NCBI GenBank assembly: GCA_025062195.1
Contig: JANXAS010000011.1
Location: forward strand, 6,149-70,148
Reading direction: 5' to 3'
From: Armatimonadota bacterium
Lineage (GTDB): Bacteria; Armatimonadota; Fervidibacteria; Fervidibacterales; Thermosaccharophagaceae
Length of the DNA: 64,000 nt
Each line of letters opens with the position of its first letter. The first letter of the stretch is position 1. The notes under the pieces are model-generated. The model was not told where the DNA came from. It made no database searches and saw only the letters and a program-made list of their open reading frames with translations. This document shows, piece after piece, positions 56,408 to 64,000 of this stretch. Position numbers and translations under genes: made by a program.

Positions 56408-57940
56408 TTAAGACCTCTGGATTGGATTAATGCCCCACTTGCGCATTCGGCGATACAATGCCGAGCGGCTTGTGTTTAACGCCTGTGCACACTTGTCTAA
56501 ATCCCAATCGTAGACCTCAAGCAACGCAAGCAACTCGTTGCGCTTCGTTGTATCGTTTGAGTTTGATTCATCCGCTTCCTCCACTTCAAGCTGTGCGGGG
56601 AATCTTAAACCTGCCTCCATTACTGCCTGCCTTATGTGCACTGGCAGATGATGCGGTTGTATGTATCCACCCTTGCACACGACAAAAGCATACTCAAGGG
56701 CATTCTCAAGCTCCCTTATGTTGCCCGGCCAATTGTAATTGAGGAAGATATGCATTGTATTTGGGCTTACACCCTCTATAGGGCGTCCGGTATCTCGCCT
56801 GAACTTCTCAACGAAGTGATCAACAAGGAGGGGTATGTCATCGCGGCGCTCTCGCAGAGGCGGGATGTGAATTGGGATGACATTGAGCCGATAGAACAGA
56901 TCCTCCCGAAAGTGCCCCCGCTTAACAGCCTCCCTAAGGTCCCTGTTGGTTGCGGCTATGATTCTCACATCCACTTTTATCGTTTTCGTTCCACCGAGCC
57001 GCTCAAATTCCCTTTCCTGAAGCACTCGTAGGAGTTTAACCTGCACTGCTGGGCTTATCTCGCCAATCTCGTCAAGGAAGATAGTGCCCCCGTGCGCAAG
57101 CTCAAACCTGCCTGGTTTGTCCGTCACTGCGTCCGTGAACGCACCACGAACATAGCCGAAAAGTTCAGCTTCAAGTAGCGTCTCAGGTATAGCGCCACAG
57201 TTGACTTTCACAAACGGTCCGTTAGCACGAAGGCTCGTTTGATGAATAGCTTGAGCCACAAGTTCTTTACCTGTGCCTGTCTCGCCATAAATCAGCACTG
57301 TGGCAAGTGAATCACTTATGTCCTCAATGAGTTGATAGATTTGCTGCATCGCCTTACTTCGCCCAATCAGCGGACCAAACCTATCCCTGTGCTTTGGTGG
57401 GGTTTCCCTGTGCTTGTCAGCTGACACATCCCGCAGGAACTCAATGCCGCCAATTATTTGGTTATGCTCGTCCCTTAGTAGGCGGACGCGCACCCTAACA
57501 GTGGAAATGCCGTTCTTGTTGTTGAGGAGTTGCATCTCCGTTTCCGGAGGTTCGTTGCCAGTCTGCATTGCTATTGCCAATGGACAACCAATGCCACATC
57601 TGCTGCTGTGGTAAACCTTGAAACATGAAACACCAATCACATCCTCTTCGGTTGCTCCGATAAGCTGTCTTGCTGCCGTGTTAATAGCCAAAACTTTTAG
57701 GTCACGATTGACTACAATTGCAGCTTCGTTCATTGACTCCACAAGTGCAAGAAACATTTTGTGGTAGCCATCGCTGTCAATGTAATGCTTCACACTGGCA
57801 TCGTGTGTGTGGATGAGGCTTCTTCTCTTTGCACTGCTGCTTGGGGAGCGCCTTTTACCTTTGCGAGAAACAACGGTGGTGTCAGAGGATGTGGCAGCGC
57901 GTTTGGGCTTGCTTGCGTCTCTTCGCCTTGAAGTGGTCAT
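56408..57940 (-). CDS. Sigma-54-dependent transcriptional activator (PAS - AAA+ - Fis HTH)
   Basis: GETGTGKE Walker A, GAFTDA (GAFTGA variant), EAELFG and a C-terminal HTH. ATG 57940 follows GGGAGGAG. The ORF is open to TTG 58003. Confidence 0.85.
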   Translation of the reverse strand: MTTSRRRDASKPKRAATSSDTTVVSRKGKRRSPSSSAKRRSLIHTHDASVKHYIDSDGYHKMFLALVESMNEAAIVVNRDLKVLAINTAARQLIGATEEDVIGVSCFKVYHSSRCGIGCPLAIAMQTGNEPPETEMQLLNNKNGISTVRVRVRLLRDEHNQIIGGIEFLRDVSADKHRETPPKHRDRFGPLIGRSKAMQQIYQLIEDISDSLATVLIYGETGTGKELVAQAIHQTSLRANGPFVKVNCGAIPETLLEAELFGYVRGAFTDAVTDKPGRFELAHGGTIFLDEIGEISPAVQVKLLRVLQEREFERLGGTKTIKVDVRIIAATNRDLREAVKRGHFREDLFYRLNVIPIHIPPLRERRDDIPLLVDHFVEKFRRDTGRPIEGVSPNTMHIFLNYNWPGNIRELENALEYAFVVCKGGYIQPHHLPVHIRQAVMEAGLRFPAQLEVEEADESNSNDTTKRNELLALLEVYDWDLDKCAQALNTSRSALYRRMRKWGINPIQRS

Positions 57941-58066
57941 ACTCAACTCCTCCCAACAAACCCGCTTGTGTGAAGCAGTTGCCACAGCTGTTTTATGAGC
58001 CAACTTCCATACGCTACATTATGCCAACACAACGTGCATATGGGAACCAAACGGCACTGTCACCTA

Positions 58067-59569
58067 CTACATTGACTGACTGCGCCATATCGTCCCTAAT
58101 AGCTTGATAGCATAGTGAAGTATTATTGCGATGGCGAAGCAGGAAACATTGCCGATGACCGTCCACAGCAGGAAGTTAAGCTTTGTCATCAGCATCACAT
58201 ACGCAAGGATTCCATACGAACTCAAAAAACCAAAAAGCACCGCCAACCAATTTATGCGCACCGGCAGGAGAGCAAACACCATTAATGCGAGTATGCCGTT
58301 CGTTAATATTCCCATAGCTTTGTTCCAAGCTACCTGTGCATACCCTAAACCGATAAAACACAAAGCCATGACTATTGAGAGAGCGCCCCAAAAGAGCGTT
58401 AACAGGCGAGCCACAAGTAGGTAATGCCTATCGCTGGCATTGCGGCAAATAAAGCGCTTATAGAAATCCTCAACACAAACTGTGGATGCCGAGTTCATGC
58501 TTGAGTCAATACTTGACATTGCTGCTGCAATTATGGCAGCGATAATTAGCCCTGAGATGCCCTCGGGAAGGACGCTCACAACAAAATATGGGTAAACGGC
58601 ATCGCGCATTTCCTTCCTTGAAAATATTTCCACCATCGGATCAGGGTGTAGCTTGTAGTAGACGAAAAGAAGGACACCGAGGAAGTAAAAGAAGTAACCC
58701 AAAGGTATGTAACCCAAGATGGCTATCCAAACGCTCGCGTTTGCCTTGGCTGTTGACTCTGTAGTCATGTAGCGTTGAACCATGTCCTGTTGGGTTGAGT
58801 AGATGCGCATTGTCTGAAAGAGGGTTTCGAGTATGAGCCAAGGGGTTACAACCTCCGCAAAATCTATCCGCCAGTCAAACATGCGCAGTTTGCCATGCTC
58901 AATAGCAATCGCTATCGGGTTATCCGCATATACAAAGATAGTAGCATAAAGCATGGATAGCACTGCCCCAATTACAAGCACGACGACTTGAACCACATCC
59001 GTCCATATCACAGCCTCAATTCCGCCAGCTACTGTGTATGCGGTGGCTACACCGCCCATCAGGAAAATCAGCGAGCGCAAATCCATTCCGGTAGCCGTAT
59101 GAAGGGTCAATGCTGTTAGGTATGTGATAAGACCCATTCGGACTATTGATAGGGAAATGAACGAGACTGAGGCGAGCAAGCGAAGCAAAACATGAATCCT
59201 CATCTCAAAGAGCTCGTAGACACTTATAACACCTGCTTCCCTATATTTCGGCAACACGAATTTGGTTACAAGGAATGCCGTCACAATAAGGAATGGCAGT
59301 TGAACTGAGAAAAGCATGTCAAACTTGCCGAAGGATATCGCCGGCAAAGCGAGCATTGTGAGGGCTGAAAGATAGGTTCCAAGCAGCGATAAGCCAACTG
59401 CTATGTGATTCATCTTGCCATTTGCTATGAAGAAGCTGCGAGCTCCTTTCACCTTCGGGGTCAAAATAAAGCCGATAAGGAGCATGCCAACGAAGTATAG
59501 TGAGAGAGTCAACCAGTCAATTAAACCAAAGTGTGATTGAGCAACATTAATCCCAAAATCATTCGCCAT
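58067..59569 (-). CDS. Sodium:solute symporter (SSS) family transporter
   Basis: 500 aa with about 13 TM segments and an SSS-like N-terminal pattern. ATG lies 6 nt after GGAGTGA. Confidence 0.7.
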   Translation of the reverse strand: MANDFGINVAQSHFGLIDWLTLSLYFVGMLLIGFILTPKVKGARSFFIANGKMNHIAVGLSLLGTYLSALTMLALPAISFGKFDMLFSVQLPFLIVTAFLVTKFVLPKYREAGVISVYELFEMRIHVLLRLLASVSFISLSIVRMGLITYLTALTLHTATGMDLRSLIFLMGGVATAYTVAGGIEAVIWTDVVQVVVLVIGAVLSMLYATIFVYADNPIAIAIEHGKLRMFDWRIDFAEVVTPWLILETLFQTMRIYSTQQDMVQRYMTTESTAKANASVWIAILGYIPLGYFFYFLGVLLFVYYKLHPDPMVEIFSRKEMRDAVYPYFVVSVLPEGISGLIIAAIIAAAMSSIDSSMNSASTVCVEDFYKRFICRNASDRHYLLVARLLTLFWGALSIVMALCFIGLGYAQVAWNKAMGILTNGILALMVFALLPVRINWLAVLFGFLSSYGILAYVMLMTKLNFLLWTVIGNVSCFAIAIILHYAIKLLGTIWRSQSM

Positions 59570-59584
59570 AGGTTATCACTCCAA

Positions 59585-61606
59585 TCAAATCCAGAATATG
59601 ACATTGCCCTGCTTGCCAGTGATGGCATCTATAATTAGCCACACGGCATTACATACGAATTGACCGAGCACAAGCCCAAGGAAAAATGGGCGTGCACGAA
59701 CATATGCGCTCATCCCTCCATAGCGCAATAGCACCCCTTTAATCATCCACGCAAGAAAACATGTGAACCAGATTTGATCCATCAGCCAAATTGTTGAGAC
59801 GCAAAAGCCGATTGGATGAAACGGCCACCACATCCACTGTCGTCTGGCTATGGCAAGCAAAAGCGTTATTAGTGCGCCAGCCAACCTCACCCAATATCCA
59901 GGAATAAATACGCCCGGCATCGTGGTGAGCTTGCCATGGATGTAGTCATATGGCACTCTCGGACCTCCCACAAGATACCATTGATTCAAATTGACGCCGC
60001 CATATATGTAGCCAAGATGTAACATTGTTAAGCAGGATACAATGAGGGTTGAGACAGCTGACGCATACATGCAGAAGAACAGCGGTGGACGGTTGATTCG
60101 CATTTGCGTGGCTATCTTTAGCCCATGGGCAGCTGATGCCATAACATTAGTCCTTATGTCAGCACACCAAACATAAGTTAAGGCGAGCGATGCAAGCCCC
60201 TTTGATCCAATCGGGGAGACACCAAGAGTTGACACTGTCATTGGCGGCGCAATTGCTGGAGCAACAGCTTCTCCCAAACCGGACTCAACAACTATGCGAA
60301 CAAGCCCGATGAAGAAGATGAAAGCATATCCAAGAAAAACCGGTATGACAAGCCAAGGCAATCCACTGTAGGCAAGCCAAATTGACATGACGACAAAGCC
60401 AATAAGCATGCCGATGAAGGCAACATGATATGGCATTATCTCGTCCTCGTATTCCTTTGCGCTGGGGGAGCTTATGCGCAAAGAACGCTTTGCAACATCA
60501 ATCAGGTAGCCGCGTGCATTCCAAAATGCCAATGCAACGAGCGTCAGCAGCGCACCAGTTCCAAGATGCTTATACGGCACATATGGGGCGCCATATGTCC
60601 CTTGATCTTCGCGCATCTCAATTCCATAGACGGTTAGGAGACCTCGCACGAGAAGACCGATAAGGTTGAAGAACCAAAGGCTGAATGCCACATCAAGGTT
60701 GACGAGATAAAAGAAACCGAGCATGGGAAAGCTGAGGCGGAATGTTATACTAACGAGCTGCCTGAACCATTCAAGCGGGAATGAGCGAGCAAGCACAATC
60801 TTTGGAACCTGCGGAAAATAGAAGTTCAATCCGATGAGCGAACTCACAGAGAACGGCATCGCAAAGCCGAGCCATAGCATCCTGTTTTGAAAAAATGGGG
60901 CGATAGTATGATGGCTCTCCCTTTGACACATTTCAAGCGGCAGGTGAACAAGGGGGTAAACCAAGCGCTCATGCTCAACCCACTGGCGGCGGAACAACAC
61001 ACTTATGCAAATCATCGTGAAGTAGAGTGCGAGCAGGAATGGAAGCCATGCAATTAGCACCGGAAGCCAAACTTCAGCGAATGGTATCTGCCACCACTTC
61101 ATTCGTGATGCGCCTGCATAACCCTCAAAGAAGTCACGCACAGCTTGAAAATCATTTGGGATAAGCCATTTGGGCAAGTTGGGCAAGACCGTTGTATCCC
61201 AACCAAGTTCTGGGTTAACCTTGGCTTTGTATAGCGGCGTTGCAACAACTGGGACTAACTGTGCGCCTAAGCCCATAGTGCTTATGGCGCATGCAATTAT
61301 GCTCATGATGTAAATTAGTGAAAGCTCCTGAGGGCTTAATGTTAGCCTCGGAGAGATGAGGCGCAAAACAGCGTTTACCGGTAGAGAAAAAAAGAAGAGC
61401 ACAACTATGGCAGCTGGTGTTGTGAAGTCAAGCGCCATGTAAGAGCCTCTTATAACATGTGTGCCATATTGGTCACCGATGGCAATGCCGATTGCACTCA
61501 TCAACCCAAGTAAGATTGCCCGCCCGGTAAATGCCTCCCGTGTAACTTCAGCTGTTGATTCCTCAAGGCGCATTGTCGGTTGGCTTTCCTTTGTGCGCCT
61601 TTGCAT
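59585..61606 (-). CDS. Large polytopic membrane protein of unknown function
   Basis: 673 aa with more than 12 hydrophobic segments by eye and no motif I recognise. Its stop lies 15 nt before the SSS transporter start. Confidence 0.6.
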   Translation of the reverse strand: MQRRTKESQPTMRLEESTAEVTREAFTGRAILLGLMSAIGIAIGDQYGTHVIRGSYMALDFTTPAAIVVLFFFSLPVNAVLRLISPRLTLSPQELSLIYIMSIIACAISTMGLGAQLVPVVATPLYKAKVNPELGWDTTVLPNLPKWLIPNDFQAVRDFFEGYAGASRMKWWQIPFAEVWLPVLIAWLPFLLALYFTMICISVLFRRQWVEHERLVYPLVHLPLEMCQRESHHTIAPFFQNRMLWLGFAMPFSVSSLIGLNFYFPQVPKIVLARSFPLEWFRQLVSITFRLSFPMLGFFYLVNLDVAFSLWFFNLIGLLVRGLLTVYGIEMREDQGTYGAPYVPYKHLGTGALLTLVALAFWNARGYLIDVAKRSLRISSPSAKEYEDEIMPYHVAFIGMLIGFVVMSIWLAYSGLPWLVIPVFLGYAFIFFIGLVRIVVESGLGEAVAPAIAPPMTVSTLGVSPIGSKGLASLALTYVWCADIRTNVMASAAHGLKIATQMRINRPPLFFCMYASAVSTLIVSCLTMLHLGYIYGGVNLNQWYLVGGPRVPYDYIHGKLTTMPGVFIPGYWVRLAGALITLLLAIARRQWMWWPFHPIGFCVSTIWLMDQIWFTCFLAWMIKGVLLRYGGMSAYVRARPFFLGLVLGQFVCNAVWLIIDAITGKQGNVIFWI

Positions 61607-61636
61607 TTATCTTCGCCCCCAAAGCACTGCTGATGT

Positions 61637-61652
61637 AGCTTTTCCGGCACCA
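61637..61652 (-). promoter_or_regulatory. Candidate sigma-54 (-24/-12) promoter
   Basis: The minus strand reads TGGTGCCGGAAAAGCT. GG and GC have the exact consensus spacing of TGGCAC-N5-TTGC. It sits in the 58-nt trmB/membrane-protein gap, about 30 nt upstream of ATG 61606. The -12 region (AAGC) is weak. Confidence 0.3.
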
Positions 61653-61664
61653 AACGATGTAACT

Positions 61665-62762
61665 TCACTCTGTTCCGCCGACATCCCATCCAAGCCATCT
61701 GTGAACGGCATTGCCCAAATTACTTCTTTTGACCTGTTTTAAGTTGGCGATGCGCATAAGGACTTGAGCGGCAACCCCCAATGATTGTTGGATGCCCCTT
61801 GTCACATTCAGGCGGCATGCCGGATGGATTTGAACAACTGTTTCACCAACTCGGCTTAATGCCCTCACAATAAATCTCTGCTGCATCTTCCCCTCAACAC
61901 AAAGCATGGAGAGAAGCAAGCCATTGCCATCGCGCTCAATAAAAACCTCTTCACATTTGATCACCAGCATTGGTTGCTGAACCCACACACCAACCTCTAT
62001 ACTGCTGGCTATGATGTTCCAATCATTTATCTGACCGCCAATGATGACATGCGGCATGGGCAAAGATTCCTCCAAATGAGCTAATGGGTAGTGCTGCGAG
62101 ACCCACTCTGGCAGTTCGTAATAGCCTGTCTTTGCGAACCGCAGCATGTATATTTGCCGTCCATGTGCTGTCCACTTGCGGTAATACTTTGTGGCAAAGC
62201 CATCTGGAACGCCAACGCAAAATCCATTGCTACCAACCGCTGGAGATAATGCGTTGATAGAGCTTGCAAGTTCCAATGCGCTCATAGCGTAAGAGTGTGA
62301 ATCGGTGACCATCATGAATGTGCCATTGATGCAGAGTCTTGATGCAACGAGGCAGACAAAGGGTTCGTCAACCAGGCGCCTTTTGTAGTGCCTCGGCTTC
62401 TCCCAAGGGTCTGGAAAGTTCAGATATATTGAACTCAGTGAAGAGGGCGAGAAAAGCTTTGAGAGGCATGTCCCGCCTTCTCCGTGGATCAAAAGGACAT
62501 TGGTTAACCCGCAAGCAACAACCCTATTCCTTGCCTTGCGCAGGTAGTGCAAAGCGTATTCAACACCGATGAAATTGTGTTCCGGACGCATTGAAGCCAT
62601 AGCGGCTATGAACTCCCCATTGCCGATACCTATCTCAAGTTCAATTGGTGCGTCTCGGCGAAACAGCATACGCCATTTTGGACGCACTGGCAATTCAAGT
62701 TCTGCGAGAAGAATGTCATTTGATGAGGGCATGTCGCATGCCTCAAGTGCCATATCATTCAC
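61665..62762 (-). CDS. trmB: tRNA (guanine-N7)-methyltransferase fused to a ~150-aa C-terminal domain of unknown function
   Basis: ELEIGIGNGEF, FIGVE and LNFPDPWEKPRHYKRRL TrmB blocks in the first ~210 aa. The extension has no recognisable motif. Confidence 0.75.
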   Translation of the reverse strand: MNDMALEACDMPSSNDILLAELELPVRPKWRMLFRRDAPIELEIGIGNGEFIAAMASMRPEHNFIGVEYALHYLRKARNRVVACGLTNVLLIHGEGGTCLSKLFSPSSLSSIYLNFPDPWEKPRHYKRRLVDEPFVCLVASRLCINGTFMMVTDSHSYAMSALELASSINALSPAVGSNGFCVGVPDGFATKYYRKWTAHGRQIYMLRFAKTGYYELPEWVSQHYPLAHLEESLPMPHVIIGGQINDWNIIASSIEVGVWVQQPMLVIKCEEVFIERDGNGLLLSMLCVEGKMQQRFIVRALSRVGETVVQIHPACRLNVTRGIQQSLGVAAQVLMRIANLKQVKRSNLGNAVHRWLGWDVGGTE

Positions 62763-63666
62763 CTATCCCGACCCTCACATAACCTCCCATTGCTTTATAC
62801 TCGTCAACCGAGATAAGCTCTCGCTTTACGCTTTTCCCATCAAGGACAAGGACACGGTATGTGCGCACGGTGCACCCCTGTATACCTTCGGAGACGCGCA
62901 CAACCCTTCCGTGTTTCAACTCACGCTCATATATCACAGTTGGGGTTGGCGGGTCATGCCACTTAATCTCACTCTCAATGATGCACTTTGCCCTGTAACG
63001 AAAGCTGCTCAATAGGCGGCATTGAAGCACCTCGTCATTCACTCGAAACTCAATCCGCACTGGCTCGTCATACGGATTGCGAAGCTTTAAATCAGCAATT
63101 CCGTATGCCACGGCTGCATCCCTTCCCGGGGAGACATAAGTTGGAAGCCATTGGTGCGGATGTCGCTCAATGATCTCAAGTCCTGCAAGCAACGCCGCAT
63201 TGTAAAGTGCTGAGGATGTCTGGCACACTCCGCCACCGAAGGCGAGAACTATCTCGCCACCATAGCTTACCGGTGCTCTCTTGTAACCGCGGTCTCGTGT
63301 CCAAGGACCCACGGCTTCGTTGAATGAAAATGTGCTACGGGGCGGTATGACTTTCCCGTTAAGAGCTTGTGCAGCAAGCTTTGCATTATGCTTTTGAGCC
63401 TTTGTCCTCCCGACAAGGCTCGTTGAGAAGTTGCTGAGTTCTCTCTCTCTCGGCTGGCTCACAATGAAGACGATTATACAGGCAGCGCTTGTGCAGACTG
63501 CAAGCATTGCGCAAGATAAAATAAAGCGATCCACAAATTGGCACCTCCGTCGTCCAGAAAACGCATCGGGAGCAAAAGCGTGAGCCATCATAAAGATTAA
63601 CACAGCGCTAATAGCAATCCGTTGGCGATTGGCAATATGAGTGCCTCGTTGGTGCAGGTTGCCCAT
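62755..63666 (-). CDS. VanW-family protein
   Basis: N-terminal TM helix. FSFNEAVGP and GGGVCQTSSALYNAALLAGLEIIERHPH VanW blocks. Overlaps the trmB start by 8 nt. Confidence 0.75.
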   Translation of the reverse strand: MGNLHQRGTHIANRQRIAISAVLIFMMAHAFAPDAFSGRRRCQFVDRFILSCAMLAVCTSAACIIVFIVSQPRERELSNFSTSLVGRTKAQKHNAKLAAQALNGKVIPPRSTFSFNEAVGPWTRDRGYKRAPVSYGGEIVLAFGGGVCQTSSALYNAALLAGLEIIERHPHQWLPTYVSPGRDAAVAYGIADLKLRNPYDEPVRIEFRVNDEVLQCRLLSSFRYRAKCIIESEIKWHDPPTPTVIYERELKHGRVVRVSEGIQGCTVRTYRVLVLDGKSVKRELISVDEYKAMGGYVRVGIGE

Positions 63667-63753
63667 CTTATGTTGCTATGGCGGGCATCTATGATAAACT
63701 ATGCTAAGAAATTTTAGGCAGGTTGCGACATCAAAAGTAGCGAGGTGATTGAG

Positions 63754-64000
63754 ATGTTCGTTTCAGTGCGTGACTCAGTTGTTATGCATGCTGGTTACGA
63801 GAAGCTGATTGACGGCTTAAGGGACATAGATGTATGGGCAGTTGAGCTTAACATTGACAGGCAATTGAGGGTGGCATCGCTAACCGAACCGGGCAAGCTC
63901 GTAAGCATTGTAGCAGATGAGGAGGTTGAAGCTTACAAAGAGGAGCTTGAAAGGAACGGAGTTAGAGTGAGCGCTCTGCTCCTCTCAAACAACTTTGGTG
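63754..64000 (+). CDS. Partial CDS (5' end only), possibly TIM-barrel sugar phosphate isomerase/epimerase
   Basis: ATG 63754 lies 5 nt after GAGGTGA and the frame stays open to the window edge (82 codons: MFVSVRDSVVMHAGYEKLIDGL...). The family guess is weak. Confidence 0.45.
   Translation, partial: MFVSVRDSVVMHAGYEKLIDGLRDIDVWAVELNIDRQLRVASLTEPGKLVSIVADEEVEAYKEELERNGVRVSALLLSNNFG

Noticed and set aside
1-64000. I looked for rRNA, tRNA, CRISPR arrays, transposases, integrases, reverse transcriptases and phage genes.
   Set aside because: I saw no tRNA T-arm/acceptor patterns, no regularly spaced direct repeats and no ORF with transposase, integrase or RT motifs. This was by eye only; tRNAscan-SE, Infernal and a CRISPR finder should confirm it.

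Overview
This 64-kb window comes from a diderm, LPS-making bacterium. GC looks mid-range by eye (not computed), and most starts sit behind GGAGGTGA-type Shine-Dalgarno sequences. I support about 46 protein genes. I recognised no rRNA, tRNA, CRISPR array, transposase or integrase. Layout: (i) 0.3-2.0 kb holds a PP-loop ATPase translationally coupled to an AmmeMemoRadiSam-type radical SAM enzyme. (ii) 2.4-9.0 kb is a minus-strand haem operon: ccmF, hemA, a 7-haem cytochrome c fused to a cytochrome b, and a 16-haem cytochrome c. (iii) 9-27 kb is a carbohydrate/oxidoreductase island. It contains Tat-signal Gfo/Idh/MocA and aldo/keto reductases, a 950-aa GH99-like protein, a 1367-aa GH2, a GH52-like protein, TIM-barrel isomerases, one twice-frameshifted Gfo/Idh/MocA pseudogene and an orphan ParB/Srx-like gene. 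(iv) 27-32 kb is housekeeping: CCA-adding enzyme, a long GHMP kinase, fur and ispH. (v) 32.8-36.3 kb is a compact three-gene module: a zinc-ribbon Ser/Thr kinase, a cytoplasmic vWA protein and a zinc-ribbon membrane protein. It matches no module I know and is my best candidate for an undescribed system. (vi) 36.5-45 kb holds folC, a TIM-barrel protein, a DUF4838-like protein, an NfeD-SPFH pair, two unknown ORFs and pcm. (vii) 45.7-52.7 kb is the lipid A/Kdo cluster lpxC-fabZ-lpxA-lpxB-msbA-waaA. (viii) 53.5-63.7 kb is a minus-strand run: era, an RmlC-like cupin, a GGDD-type phosphofructokinase, a sigma-54 activator, an SSS transporter, a 673-aa unknown membrane protein, a trmB fusion and VanW. 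Outside the genes, two families of short dispersed intergenic repeats carry hairpins kept by compensatory changes. An 830-bp gene-free interval at 52.7-53.5 kb contains both families. All functional calls come from motif recognition by eye. No database search was run.
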